Source: Alphaproteobacteria bacterium MarineAlpha3_Bin7
GTDB lineage: Bacteria; Pseudomonadota; Alphaproteobacteria; Rhodospirillales; UBA2165
Assembly: GCA_002937995.1 (NCBI GenBank)
Contig: PTLG01000003.1
Location: forward strand, 1-44,673
Length of the DNA stretch: 44,673 nt
Direction of reading: 5' to 3'
Below the pieces are notes generated by a model. That model did no database searches. It worked only from the letters and a program-made list of their open reading frames with translations, and was not told the origin of the DNA. Each line of letters opens with the position of its first letter. Within the stretch, counting starts at the first letter, position 1. A program made the position numbers and the translations under genes. Shown piece after piece: positions 29,847 to 39,957 of this stretch.

Positions 29847-31736
29847 TTGCTAGATAATACCATTCAAACAATTAAAGGTCCTAAGGTTGATGTTGATAAA
29901 AGCAGAAACGAAAAATTAACAGATTTTGGGAAAGCAACCCTCTCCGACCGATACCTCTTACCCCAAGAAGATTACCAAGATTTATTTGCCAGAGTAGCTA
30001 GCACCTATGGAGATAATTCCTCCCATGCCCAAAGAATTTATGACTATTTAAGCAATCAATGGTTCATGGCCGCTACGCCCGTTCTTTCAAACGGTGGGTC
30101 TAATAGGGGCTTGCCTATTTCTTGTTTTTTAAATGAGAGCAGCGATAGTTTGGATGGCATTGTTGACCTTTGGACTGAAAATGTCTGGCTGGCCTCCTCT
30201 GGTGGTGGTATCGGAAGCTATTGGGGAAACCTGAGGTCTATTGGTGAAAAAGTAGGAGTATCGGGAAAAACTTCTGGTGTTATCCCGTTTATCCGGGTTA
30301 TGGACTCTCTTACACTTGCCATTAGCCAAGGTTCTCTTAGACGAGGATCAGCAGCCGTTTACTTACCACTTACCCATCCAGAAATTGAAGAATTCATAGA
30401 AATCAGGAGGCCGACTGGGGGAGACCCAAACAGAAAGGCACCCAATCTTCATCATGGGGTACTTGTACCAGATGAATTTATGAGAGCAGTGGAAAATGAC
30501 CAAGAGTGGGCTTTATTAAGTCCTAAAGATCAGGCGCCCGTCAGAAAAATATCAGCTAGATCACTTTGGATACGATTGTTAACAGCTAGAGTGGAAGTTG
30601 GAGAGCCTTATATTATTTTCTCAGACCAAGTTAACCGTAAAATACCTGAGCACCATAAGTTGGCAGGACTATCGGTTAAAACTTCTAATCTATGTAGTGA
30701 AATAACTTTACCAACTGGCAAAGATCATCTTGGAGAAGATAGAACTGCTGTATGCTGTTTATCATCGCTAAATATTGAAACATTCGAAGAATGGAAAGAT
30801 AATCCTGTGTTTATTGAAGACGTAATGCTTTTTTTGGATAATGTTCTTCAAGACTTTATTGACAACGCGCCAGACAGTATGGCTCGAGCAAAATATTCTG
30901 CATATAGAGAGAGGTCTGTAGGACTTGGGGTTATGGGCTTTCATTCATTCCTCCAGGCTAACAATGTTCCGTTTGAGTCTGCCCTAGCAAAATCTTGGAA
31001 CCTAAAAATTTTTAGGCACATCCACTCTGGTGTAGAAGCAGCCTCTGAACTATTGGCCAAGGAGAGAGGGGCGTGCCCTGATGCAGCTGACTATGGTATA
31101 AATCAGAGGTTTTCTAATAAGACCGCTATCGCGCCAACTGCCAGTATTTCTATTATTTGTGGAGGGACCTCCCCAGGAATAGAGCCAATTAGTGGAAATA
31201 GCTATACCCAAAAAACATTGTCTGGCTCTTTCAATGTTAGGAATCGACACCTCAAAAAACTTTTAGCTGAAAAAGGTAAGGATGAGGAGGATGTTTGGAC
31301 ATCCATAACCGTAAATGAGGGCTCTGTTCAACATCTCGACTTTTTAACAGACGACGAAAAAGCTGTTTTCAAAACAGCCTTTGAACTTGATCAGCGATGG
31401 ATTGTCGATTTGGCTGCTGATAGAACACCTTATATAGATCAATCTCAATCAGTAAACTTATTTATTCCTGCTGACATTCACAAACGAGATCTACATCAGA
31501 TTCATCATATGGCATGGAAGAAAGGCATGAAAAGTCTCTACTATTGTCGCTCTAAATCTATTCAAAGAGCGGAAGATATTTTTACAAAGGAAAGTGGTCT
31601 AGAATCAGCTGCTAAAGGGGCTAACGTCGAAATGCCACTTCCAAGCCAAGATACCGAAGAGCTTCCTATTGCGGCAAGAATTAACGATAATACCTCCGAA
31701 AACAATGACTACGATGAGTGTCTAGCTTGTCAGTAA
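29847..31736 (+). CDS. nrdA: Ribonucleoside-diphosphate reductase class Ia alpha subunit (short form without ATP cone)
   Basis: ATPVLSN, PISCFL, SNLCSEI, AVCCLSS, AIAPTAS, SLYYCR and C-terminal CLAC; TTG start after GGAG. Confidence 0.96.
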   Translation: MLDNTIQTIKGPKVDVDKSRNEKLTDFGKATLSDRYLLPQEDYQDLFARVASTYGDNSSHAQRIYDYLSNQWFMAATPVLSNGGSNRGLPISCFLNESSDSLDGIVDLWTENVWLASSGGGIGSYWGNLRSIGEKVGVSGKTSGVIPFIRVMDSLTLAISQGSLRRGSAAVYLPLTHPEIEEFIEIRRPTGGDPNRKAPNLHHGVLVPDEFMRAVENDQEWALLSPKDQAPVRKISARSLWIRLLTARVEVGEPYIIFSDQVNRKIPEHHKLAGLSVKTSNLCSEITLPTGKDHLGEDRTAVCCLSSLNIETFEEWKDNPVFIEDVMLFLDNVLQDFIDNAPDSMARAKYSAYRERSVGLGVMGFHSFLQANNVPFESALAKSWNLKIFRHIHSGVEAASELLAKERGACPDAADYGINQRFSNKTAIAPTASISIICGGTSPGIEPISGNSYTQKTLSGSFNVRNRHLKKLLAEKGKDEEDVWTSITVNEGSVQHLDFLTDDEKAVFKTAFELDQRWIVDLAADRTPYIDQSQSVNLFIPADIHKRDLHQIHHMAWKKGMKSLYYCRSKSIQRAEDIFTKESGLESAAKGANVEMPLPSQDTEELPIAARINDNTSENNDYDECLACQ

Positions 31737-31754
31737 AGATAGAGAATCACTAGA

Positions 31755-32714
31755 ATGTCCCTTTTAGATGCCAGACCGGTTTACAAGCCCTTTAGCTACC
31801 CTTGGTGCTATGATGCATGGCTCACCCAGCAAAGATTGCACTGGCTTCCTGAAGAAGTCCCACTCGCAGACGATGTAAAAGATTGGCATAATAAGCTAAC
31901 TCCAAGCGAACAGCATCTAATGACTCAAATATTTCGGTTCTTCACTCAATCGGATATCGAAGTAAATAACTGCTATATGAAGCATTATGCACAGGTCTTT
32001 CAACCAACAGAAGTACAAATGATGCTTGCAGCTTTTTCCAATATCGAAACCATACATATAGCAGCTTATTCTCACTTACTAGATACTATTGGCATGCCCG
32101 AAACCGAATATTCGGCATTTCTTCAATATAAAGAGATGAAAGATAAGTATGACTACATGCAAGAATTTAGCATGGATTCACTTGATAACATTGCAAAAAC
32201 CTTAGCCGTTTTTGGTGCTTTCACAGAGGGCCTCCAGTTATTTGCCAGCTTCGCTATTCTTTTGAATTTTCCACGCCTAAATAAAATGAAAGGTATGGGG
32301 CAAATTGTTACTTGGTCCGTACGAGATGAAAGCTTGCACTGCGCCTCCGCTATTAAGCTTTTTCGAACTTTTCTTAACGAAAATCCAGAAGTGTGGACTC
32401 AAGAATTTCAGAGAGAATTATATAAAGCCTGTGAAACAATAGTAACCCACGAGGATGCCTTTATAGAACTTGCTTTTGAACTGGGACCTATTGAAGGGTT
32501 AGCGGCTGATGAAATCAAAGATTACATAAGATTTACTGCTAATAGAAGATTATCCCAACTTGGCTTACAACCAATTTACCAAATTGATAAGCACCCCCTT
32601 CCTTGGTTGGATACAATGCTAAATGCTGTAGAGCATACAAATTTTTTTGAAAATAGGGCGACAGAATACTCAAAAGCAGCCACCAAAGGAAGTTGGGAAG
32701 AGGCATTTGAGTAA
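31755..32714 (+). CDS. nrdB: Ribonucleoside-diphosphate reductase class Ia beta subunit
   Basis: HWLPEEV, FFTQSD, ETIHIAAY (radical Tyr), FTEG, RDESLH, NFFENRATEY. Confidence 0.96.
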   Translation: MSLLDARPVYKPFSYPWCYDAWLTQQRLHWLPEEVPLADDVKDWHNKLTPSEQHLMTQIFRFFTQSDIEVNNCYMKHYAQVFQPTEVQMMLAAFSNIETIHIAAYSHLLDTIGMPETEYSAFLQYKEMKDKYDYMQEFSMDSLDNIAKTLAVFGAFTEGLQLFASFAILLNFPRLNKMKGMGQIVTWSVRDESLHCASAIKLFRTFLNENPEVWTQEFQRELYKACETIVTHEDAFIELAFELGPIEGLAADEIKDYIRFTANRRLSQLGLQPIYQIDKHPLPWLDTMLNAVEHTNFFENRATEYSKAATKGSWEEAFE

Positions 32715-32769
32715 AATAGTTTGCTGTCTCTTCAGCTTAGTTTGACTTTACAGTAACCAACCCAAGTCA

Positions 32770-33237
32770 ATGATTTTTGAAAAAGTTTCAGAACTAATGA
32801 GGACTTTCCCCAAAGGATCAAGATTACTCGGTCTTGACGTAGGAAAAAAAAATATTGGTATAGCGATATCTGATCTGGGCTTAAAAATAGCTAGTCCAAA
32901 CTCAAACTTAAAACGAACCAAGCTAAAAAAAGATATAGAATCTCTTGAGCAAATTATTTTGGATAAAAATATTGGAGGTCTGATATGTGGCCTACCTATT
33001 AAATTAGATGGCTCAGAAGGCAAAGCCTGCCAATCTACTCGGCAGTTCGCAAAAGATGTAAACGCCGAACTTTCTATTGGTATAAGCTTTTGGGATGAGA
33101 GGCTCTCAACGGTTGCTGTTGAACGGGTATTAATTCAGGAAGCAAATCTAAGCCGGCAGCGACGATCGCAGATTGTAGATAAGGTTGCGGCTGTTTATAT
33201 ATTGCAATCAGCCTTAGATTATTTATCTAGTAATTAA
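32770..33237 (+). CDS. ruvX: Pre-16S rRNA nuclease / Holliday junction resolvase-like YqgF
   Basis: LLGLDVGKKNIGIAISD, GLP, WDERLST, VDKVAAVYILQ. Confidence 0.94.
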   Translation: MIFEKVSELMRTFPKGSRLLGLDVGKKNIGIAISDLGLKIASPNSNLKRTKLKKDIESLEQIILDKNIGGLICGLPIKLDGSEGKACQSTRQFAKDVNAELSIGISFWDERLSTVAVERVLIQEANLSRQRRSQIVDKVAAVYILQSALDYLSSN

Positions 33238-33283
33238 TTTTACCTTCACTAATAATCTCTTCCAAGGTTTGTACCCAAACCAG

Positions 33284-33724
33284 TCAGACAGCAGGTTCAA
33301 AGCCAGGTTCATATTTTGGACCGCTCATGGTTCCGTCTACGGCCATACCAATAATACTGTGGGACAAATCCTTCAGCGCCAAAAAAATCACGTCCTCCTC
33401 CTCTGTGGCTACAATTGAGTGAGGTGCATTCGCTGGTATGTAAATTAGTGAACCAGCAGGCGCAACAAATTCCTTTTCATTAATTACCCCCTTTAGTGTC
33501 CCCTTAATGACAAAGTTAAATTGCTCATTAGGGTGTGTGTGCAAGCGAGAACCTGTTCCCTTAGGCTTATGGATATAACCCACAAGCATACGCTCACCTT
33601 CCACCACACCCCCATGAGATGTTGAGTACCCTGGACCCGCATCAATAATATTTAGTTGTTCCATTTCAAAACAATAATCCCCATCCCCAGCAAGAACAGC
33701 ACCTTCAGTTTTAACCTCTCTCAT
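33284..33724 (-). CDS. Cupin domain protein
   Basis: LHTHPNEQFNFVIKG and IPANAPHS cupin motifs; ATG at 33724 with a TGGAGA RBS. Confidence 0.88.
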   Translation of the reverse strand: MREVKTEGAVLAGDGDYCFEMEQLNIIDAGPGYSTSHGGVVEGERMLVGYIHKPKGTGSRLHTHPNEQFNFVIKGTLKGVINEKEFVAPAGSLIYIPANAPHSIVATEEEDVIFLALKDLSHSIIGMAVDGTMSGPKYEPGFEPAV

Positions 33725-33884
33725 TTGCAATCTCCAAAAACCTCTAAAAAGTATTATTAGTAACAAAATTTGTCTATAAACTAGGTGACCAACATATTCA
33801 ATGTTTATAGGCAAATCTTTTATGCTAAAAACAAAATCTTTATTTTCTGGACGAAAATGATATCCAGCTCTATATTGCGGTTTT

Positions 33885-34853
33885 ATGGCTGATGAAGCTG
33901 CCAACTTAGGGTTTTATCATACCCACTTACTCGGAATAGAAGGTCTTTCTAGAACCGAGATTTCTTCTTTATTAGATAAATCGGAAGAATATGTAGAACA
34001 AAACCGCAAGGCAGACAAAAAAGTTGATTTGCTTCGTGGCAGAACGATTATTAATTTGTTTTTTGAGAATTCTACTAGAACTAGAACCTCTTTTGAACTC
34101 GCTGGTAAAAGGCTCAGCGCCGATGTAATAAATATGTCTATGGGAAATAGTTCTATAAAAAAGGGCGAGACACTCATAGATACAGCAATGACTTTAAACG
34201 CTATGCACCCGGATATATTGGTGGTGAGGCATGGTGAAAGTGGGGCAACGCAATTATTAGCAGAAAAAGTAAACTGTTCGGTTATAAATGCTGGAGATGG
34301 CAGCCATGAACATCCTACCCAAGCCCTGTTAGATGCACTTACTATTAGAAGAAGATTAAAAAAATTAGAAGGGCTCGTTATTGCTATATGTGGCGATATT
34401 GCCCATTCTAGAGTTGCTCGATCAAATATTCATCTTTTGGTAACTATGGGAGCTGAGGTTAGAGTAGTAGCACCACCCACACTACTACCCCCAGCGGTCG
34501 AACAGCTTGGTGTAACAGTTTTTCACGATATGAAAAAAGGCTTGGAAAACACTGATATAGTCATGGTTTTGAGGCTACAAAACGAGCGGATGGATGGAAA
34601 CTTTATACCTTCAATACGAGAATATTTCCTGTTTTTCGGACTAGATTACGACAAACTATCTGTAGCAAAATCTGACGCCCTCATAATGCACCCAGGGCCA
34701 GCCAATCGCGGCGTTGAAATAGACTCTATAGTTGCAGATGACTTTAGTCGCAGTGTTATTCGTGAACAGGTAGAAATGGGAGTAGCAGTGAGGATGGCTT
34801 GCCTAGAAATACTCTCAGCAAATATACAAAGAAAAAGAGCCAGTGAAGAATAA
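33885..34853 (+). CDS. pyrB: Aspartate carbamoyltransferase catalytic subunit
   Basis: [46 protein letters not shown]. Confidence 0.97.
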   Translation: MADEAANLGFYHTHLLGIEGLSRTEISSLLDKSEEYVEQNRKADKKVDLLRGRTIINLFFENSTRTRTSFELAGKRLSADVINMSMGNSSIKKGETLIDTAMTLNAMHPDILVVRHGESGATQLLAEKVNCSVINAGDGSHEHPTQALLDALTIRRRLKKLEGLVIAICGDIAHSRVARSNIHLLVTMGAEVRVVAPPTLLPPAVEQLGVTVFHDMKKGLENTDIVMVLRLQNERMDGNFIPSIREYFLFFGLDYDKLSVAKSDALIMHPGPANRGVEIDSIVADDFSRSVIREQVEMGVAVRMACLEILSANIQRKRASEE

Positions 34854-34880
34854 ACATAGTGATGGTCATAAGGAGCAAAA

Positions 34881-36215
34881 ATGAGTGGTAACTGGACAGC
34901 TGCTATGCCCGATAACAATTTAGGAAAACAAGTTTATATTAACGCTAGATTACTTGACCCTGCTAGCGGACTAGATGTCAAAGGTTCCCTTATTACTGAC
35001 GGGGAAACCATTAGTGACTTTGGAGAAAATATATTTCCCGACGGATTGCCAAGTGATGCAGAAATAATTGATTGCGATGGCAAGTGCCTCTCACCTGGTT
35101 TCGTAGATTTTCGAGTGCAAATAAGGGAACCAGGAGAGGAGCATAAAGAAACCATTGAAACTGCTGGTCGCTCGGCAACTGCTGGTGGCGTTACAACAAT
35201 GGTGTGTCTTCCTAATACTATACCAATAATCGAAGATATGTCAGTTGTCGGCTTTGTAGCTCGTCGCGCAAGGCTAATAGGTCTTAGTAAAATTTATCCA
35301 TATGCTGCACTTACTAAAAAGCTTGAAGGCGTGGAACTCACAGAAATGGGTGTTCTAGCTCAAGCTGGTGCTGTTGCGTTTACAGATGGAGAAAAGGTAA
35401 TTGCTAACCCTCAAGTTTTGAGAAGAGCCCTTACCTATGCTCTAACTTTTGACTTACTTATTATTCAACATCCTGAGGAACCAACTTTGGCAAGTGGCGT
35501 TATGAATTCTGGTGAAATGTCCACTCGTTTGGGACTTCCTGGAATTCCAACCGTTGCAGAGACTATTATAGTTGAAAGAGATATCCGTCTTGTCGAACTA
35601 ACAGGGGGAAAGATACATTTTGCTAACGTTTCGACAAAAGATGCCATTGATGCTATTAGAAAAGCTAAATCCAAAGGCTTGAAAATAACATGCGATACTG
35701 CGCCCCCTTATTTTTCTTTAAATGAAAACTCAGTAGGCGAATATCGCACCTTTGCTAAGCTTTCGCCCCCTCTTAGAAATGAACAGGACAGGTTAAGTGT
35801 AGTTGAAGCTTTGCAGGACGGAACAATAGATCTTATCGCAAGCAGCCATGCCCCTCAGGATGAGGACAGCAAGCGACTGCCATTTGCCCAGGCTGCCTAT
35901 GGTGGGGTTGGCCTAGAGACCTTACTTCCAGTTTGTTTGGAATTATATCATAACGGCCATATGAGTCTTCTTGAATGTTTGTCAAAAATAACGTCTGGAC
36001 CGGCACAGCTTTTAGGATTACCAGCCGGGCAACTAATTAAAGGTCAAAGAGCAGATCTCACACTTTTTGATCCCGATGAAGGCTGGCTGGTACAAGCTGA
36101 CAACTTAGCCAGTAAAGCAAAAAATACTCCATTTGATGGTAGGCCTGTCCAAGGAACGGTATTGCGAACTGTTATAGATGGAAGAGCGGTCTATCAATCT
36201 AGTAAACTTTCTTAA
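34881..36215 (+). CDS. pyrC: Dihydroorotase-like protein, probably inactive PyrC' (ATCase scaffold subunit)
   Basis: REPG, GGVTTMVCLPNT, KLSPPLR, NTPFDG; the metal-binding DxHxH reads DFRVQ and DHAPH reads SHAPQ. Confidence 0.9.
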   Translation: MSGNWTAAMPDNNLGKQVYINARLLDPASGLDVKGSLITDGETISDFGENIFPDGLPSDAEIIDCDGKCLSPGFVDFRVQIREPGEEHKETIETAGRSATAGGVTTMVCLPNTIPIIEDMSVVGFVARRARLIGLSKIYPYAALTKKLEGVELTEMGVLAQAGAVAFTDGEKVIANPQVLRRALTYALTFDLLIIQHPEEPTLASGVMNSGEMSTRLGLPGIPTVAETIIVERDIRLVELTGGKIHFANVSTKDAIDAIRKAKSKGLKITCDTAPPYFSLNENSVGEYRTFAKLSPPLRNEQDRLSVVEALQDGTIDLIASSHAPQDEDSKRLPFAQAAYGGVGLETLLPVCLELYHNGHMSLLECLSKITSGPAQLLGLPAGQLIKGQRADLTLFDPDEGWLVQADNLASKAKNTPFDGRPVQGTVLRTVIDGRAVYQSSKLS

Positions 36216-36233
36216 GTTTTTTAGGACACAACG

Positions 36234-36839
36234 ATGAATGTCGGAGATAACTTTACTTTAATTATATCTATTGCGCTTTTATCATATCTTTTTGGTTCAA
36301 TCCCATTTGGACTTGTATTAACTAAACTTGGAGGTATTTCAAATCTTAGGGAAATTGGATCAGGTAATATAGGTGCAACTAATGTTCTACGTACAGGTAG
36401 AAAAGGTCTGGCATTTTTTACCCTAGTTTTAGACATAGGCAAAGGTTTTGGCGCAGTAATAGCCACATCTATTTTTGGCATTAATTATGCTATGATAGCC
36501 TCGATTTTTGTTGTTCTAGGACACATATTTCCAGTTTGGCTCAAATTTAAAGGCGGGAAAGGTGTTGCTACTGCAATAGGTGTGCTTATAGCGATAGACT
36601 GGGCGCTAGGTTCAGTATTTATAATCACTTGGATAATTGTTGGATTAATCTCCCGTTATTCTTCTCTAGCGAGTTTATTTGCATTTATATTAACCCCTGG
36701 CTATGCGTGGTGGTCTATGGATGCACCAATATTTTATACTAGCTGTATAATTTCAGTTATAGGTATTTATCGACATACTGAAAATATAAGAAGACTGATC
36801 AGCAAAGAGGAAAGTAAAATAAGGTTAAAAAGTTTTTGA
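36234..36839 (+). CDS. plsY: Glycerol-3-phosphate acyltransferase
   Basis: YLFGSIPFG, GSGNIGATNVLR, GHIFPVWLKFKGGKGVAT, RHTENIRRL. Confidence 0.96.
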   Translation: MNVGDNFTLIISIALLSYLFGSIPFGLVLTKLGGISNLREIGSGNIGATNVLRTGRKGLAFFTLVLDIGKGFGAVIATSIFGINYAMIASIFVVLGHIFPVWLKFKGGKGVATAIGVLIAIDWALGSVFIITWIIVGLISRYSSLASLFAFILTPGYAWWSMDAPIFYTSCIISVIGIYRHTENIRRLISKEESKIRLKSF

Positions 36840-37036
36840 CTAAATGAAATTAGTTAAGATAAATTTTTGTAATTCTTCAAAAAATTTGCGCTTATTTTAA
36901 TAAAATTTATTATTTTGTTTATGTAAAGGTTGACGAAAGCCCTCGGCAATGCCAAATGTCCAATGCATAAAAGATTATTTATTAATTTGATAGTCTAACC
37001 CGTTACGCTGTGTTTTTTGCTGCAAGAGGATTGGTA

Positions 37037-39616
37037 ATGACTAACGTAGTTATAGTTGAGTCCCCAGCCAAGGCTAAAACTATAAACAAATATCTAGGCT
37101 CTGATTTCAGAGTTCTCGCGACAGTGGGTCATATCAGAGATCTCATAGGCAGAGATGGGTCGGTAAAGCCTGACTCTGACTTTGAAATGGACTGGGAAAT
37201 TTTTCCTGACTCCCAGAAGCAAATTAAAGAAATAGCGAATGCACTCAATGATGCTGATAATCTGTATTTAGCAACCGATCCCGATAGAGAGGGCGAGGCA
37301 ATATCCTGGCATCTCAAAGAGATTCTCAAAGAAAAAAACTTACTTTCTGATGTTAAAGTTCAGCGGGTCGTTTTTAACGAAGTCACTGAGGCGGCTGTAC
37401 TAGATGCATTTAATAACCCTAGGGATCTAGATAATCATTTGGTGGAAGCTTACCTCGCACGAAGAGCTTTAGACCACTTGGTCGGCTTTAAACTCTCGCC
37501 TGTTCTATGGAGAAAATTGCCAGGAAACAAATCTGCTGGTCGAGTGCAATCTGTAGCCTTAAGGCTTATTTGTGAACGAGAGCTTGAAATTGAGAAATTT
37601 GATCCACGCGAATACTGGTCGGTGTTAGTAAACTTGGAAAATTCAGAGAAAAAATCTTTCTCTGCCAAGCTTACACACCTGGCTGGTAAGAAATTAGGCG
37701 ACTATGATTTAAGTAATGAAGAGCTGGCCAAAAAAGCTGTTGCTTCAATAGAGGGCCAGCCTCTTTTTGTATTAAAAGTTGAAAAAAAACAGGTGCGGGA
37801 CTACCCAAGAGCTCCTTTTACCACCTCAACCCTTCAACAGGCAGCAGCCAACAAGTTATACTTTACTGCAAAGAAAACAATGTCTGTGGCCCAAAGTTTG
37901 TACCAGGGCGTAAACATAAATGGCGAAACTCTTGGCCTCATAACCTACATGAGGACAGATGGTGTATCCATGTCTGCGGAAGCAATTATAAGTTGCAGGG
38001 ACGAAATCAAATCACAATATGGTAAGGAGTATTTGCCAGACTCTCCTAATATTTACAAGGTAAAGGCAAAAAATGCTCAGGAGGCCCATGAAGCTATTCG
38101 ACCTACAAACATTGCCGTCAAACCCGGAGATGTTAAAATGTTGGATGAAGATCAACAAAAACTTTATGGGCTGATTTGGAACAAGGCAATCGCTAGTCAG
38201 ATGCAGCCAGCTGTGTTTGATCGAGTTGCCGTTGATTTAGGGCCTTCGACTGATACTGATGAAGAATTAACCCTCAGGGCAAATGGTTCTGTTTTAATTT
38301 TTGATGGACATAAGCGTATCTATGATGATGAAAGCGATAGTAAGAAAAAAGAAGGGGAAACAAATTTACTTCCCAAATTATTGGAAGGCGAGAAACTAAC
38401 TACAATATCCGTAAAACCTGAGCAACATTTTACCAAACCACCCGCCAGGTATTCTGAGGCAAGCTTAATCAAGCATCTTGAAGAATTAGGGATAGGACGC
38501 CCCTCCACTTACTCTTCGATTATGTCAAAACTTAAAGAGAACTATGTAAGAATTGAAAACCGCCGCTTTTTTCCTGAGGATAGATCGAGATTAGTAACTG
38601 CTTTTCTAACGATATATTTTTCAAAATACGTTCAGTATGACTTTACAGCAGACCTAGAAGAAAAACTTGATAGGATATCCGATGCTGATATCGACTGGAA
38701 AGAGGTTTTAAGAGACTTCTGGATAGATTTTAACAAGTCGGTTGAAGACACTACCGATTTGAGAAATAGAGAAATACTTGATGCTTTAAATGATATAATA
38801 GGCCCTCATTTCTTTGGGCCAGGGACGGATGGCGAAGATCCTAGAAAATGCCCAACCTGCCCTGACGGCCGTGTTTCTCTAAAAACTGGCAGACATGGTG
38901 CCTTTATTGGGTGCTCTAATTATCCAGACTGCAAATATACTCGACCCTTGAAGGTGCCAAACTCTGACGACACACACTCTTCTATTGCGGACAATGGTCC
39001 TAAAGTTTTGGGAAATGACCCAACAACAGATCTTGAAGTTACGCTCAGAAGAGGACCTTACGGTTTTTATGTTCAATTGGGTGAAGCGGAGGGAAAAACA
39101 AAACCAAAGAGAGCGTCCCTTACTAGAGACATAAATCCAGAAAATTTAAACCTACAAACTGCTATTGGTTTGTTATCCTTACCTAGAGAAGTTGGTCTTC
39201 ATACTACGGAAAATGAAATGATAACTGCTGCAATTGGTAGATTTGGACCGTATATAAAAATGGGTGGGACTTATGTATCACTTAAAGAAGATAGTGTTTT
39301 GGAAATTGGACTAAATCGTGCCATTGACCTGCTGGCCGATGCACCAAGACGCCCAGCCCCTGTGGATATTGGAAAACATCCTGATGATGGAAAACCAATT
39401 ACATTGAAAACAGGTCGGTATGGTCCTTTTGTTCAGCACGGTAGCACCAAAGCAACTTTACCAAAGGACGAAAAAGACAAAATACCAAGCCTTGAATTAG
39501 CGATAGAGTTGATTCGAAAAAAATCGTCAAAAAAGAAAACCGCCTCAAAGAAGAAGAGTTTGTCTAAAAAGAGGACTGCATCAAAGAAAAAAACTCCCGA
39601 GTATTCAAATACTTGA
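37037..39616 (+). CDS. topA: DNA topoisomerase I
   Basis: IVESPAKAKTI, ATDPDREGEAI, SAGRVQS, LITYMRTD, one Zn ribbon (CPTC..CSNYPDC), C-terminal GRF/YGP repeats and Lys-rich tail; ATG at 37037. Confidence 0.97.
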   Translation: MTNVVIVESPAKAKTINKYLGSDFRVLATVGHIRDLIGRDGSVKPDSDFEMDWEIFPDSQKQIKEIANALNDADNLYLATDPDREGEAISWHLKEILKEKNLLSDVKVQRVVFNEVTEAAVLDAFNNPRDLDNHLVEAYLARRALDHLVGFKLSPVLWRKLPGNKSAGRVQSVALRLICERELEIEKFDPREYWSVLVNLENSEKKSFSAKLTHLAGKKLGDYDLSNEELAKKAVASIEGQPLFVLKVEKKQVRDYPRAPFTTSTLQQAAANKLYFTAKKTMSVAQSLYQGVNINGETLGLITYMRTDGVSMSAEAIISCRDEIKSQYGKEYLPDSPNIYKVKAKNAQEAHEAIRPTNIAVKPGDVKMLDEDQQKLYGLIWNKAIASQMQPAVFDRVAVDLGPSTDTDEELTLRANGSVLIFDGHKRIYDDESDSKKKEGETNLLPKLLEGEKLTTISVKPEQHFTKPPARYSEASLIKHLEELGIGRPSTYSSIMSKLKENYVRIENRRFFPEDRSRLVTAFLTIYFSKYVQYDFTADLEEKLDRISDADIDWKEVLRDFWIDFNKSVEDTTDLRNREILDALNDIIGPHFFGPGTDGEDPRKCPTCPDGRVSLKTGRHGAFIGCSNYPDCKYTRPLKVPNSDDTHSSIADNGPKVLGNDPTTDLEVTLRRGPYGFYVQLGEAEGKTKPKRASLTRDINPENLNLQTAIGLLSLPREVGLHTTENEMITAAIGRFGPYIKMGGTYVSLKEDSVLEIGLNRAIDLLADAPRRPAPVDIGKHPDDGKPITLKTGRYGPFVQHGSTKATLPKDEKDKIPSLELAIELIRKKSSKKKTASKKKSLSKKRTASKKKTPEYSNT

Positions 39617-39693
39617 CACTAAATTTTAGAAGGTTATCGTGCTCGATACAAAACTAAGAGGTATTTGGGTTAAATTTATTACTGGAGTTAAAT

Positions 39694-39861
39694 ATGGCAA
39701 AACCAAGTACAATACTTATCAAGTTAGAGAGCACAGCTGACACTGGGTATTATTACGTAACTAAAAAGAACCCCAGAACTCAAACAGAAAAACTGGAAAT
39801 GCGAAAATACGACCCAGTAGCTCGCAAGCACGTGATGTTCAAAGAAGGGAAAATAAAGTAA
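39694..39861 (+). CDS. rpmG: 50S ribosomal protein L33 (Cys-free form)
   Basis: Manually translated [55 protein letters not shown]; GGAG RBS; absent from the ORF track. Confidence 0.97.
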   Translation: MAKPSTILIKLESTADTGYYYVTKKNPRTQTEKLEMRKYDPVARKHVMFKEGKIK

Positions 39862-39957
39862 AGATACTTTCTGCTAGAATATTTTAACATAAATATATGT
39901 TGAGCTCAGCGGTTGCCCAATTATAGATGCATATTTATTAAATAAGAGAGAGTTAAT

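Noticed and set aside
33725-33904. 60-aa N-terminal extension of the cupin ORF
   Set aside because: It overlaps the pyrB start and promoter region; there is a good RBS before ATG 33724
39500-39616. Lys-rich low-complexity tail of TopA
   Set aside because: An ordinary feature of alphaproteobacterial TopA
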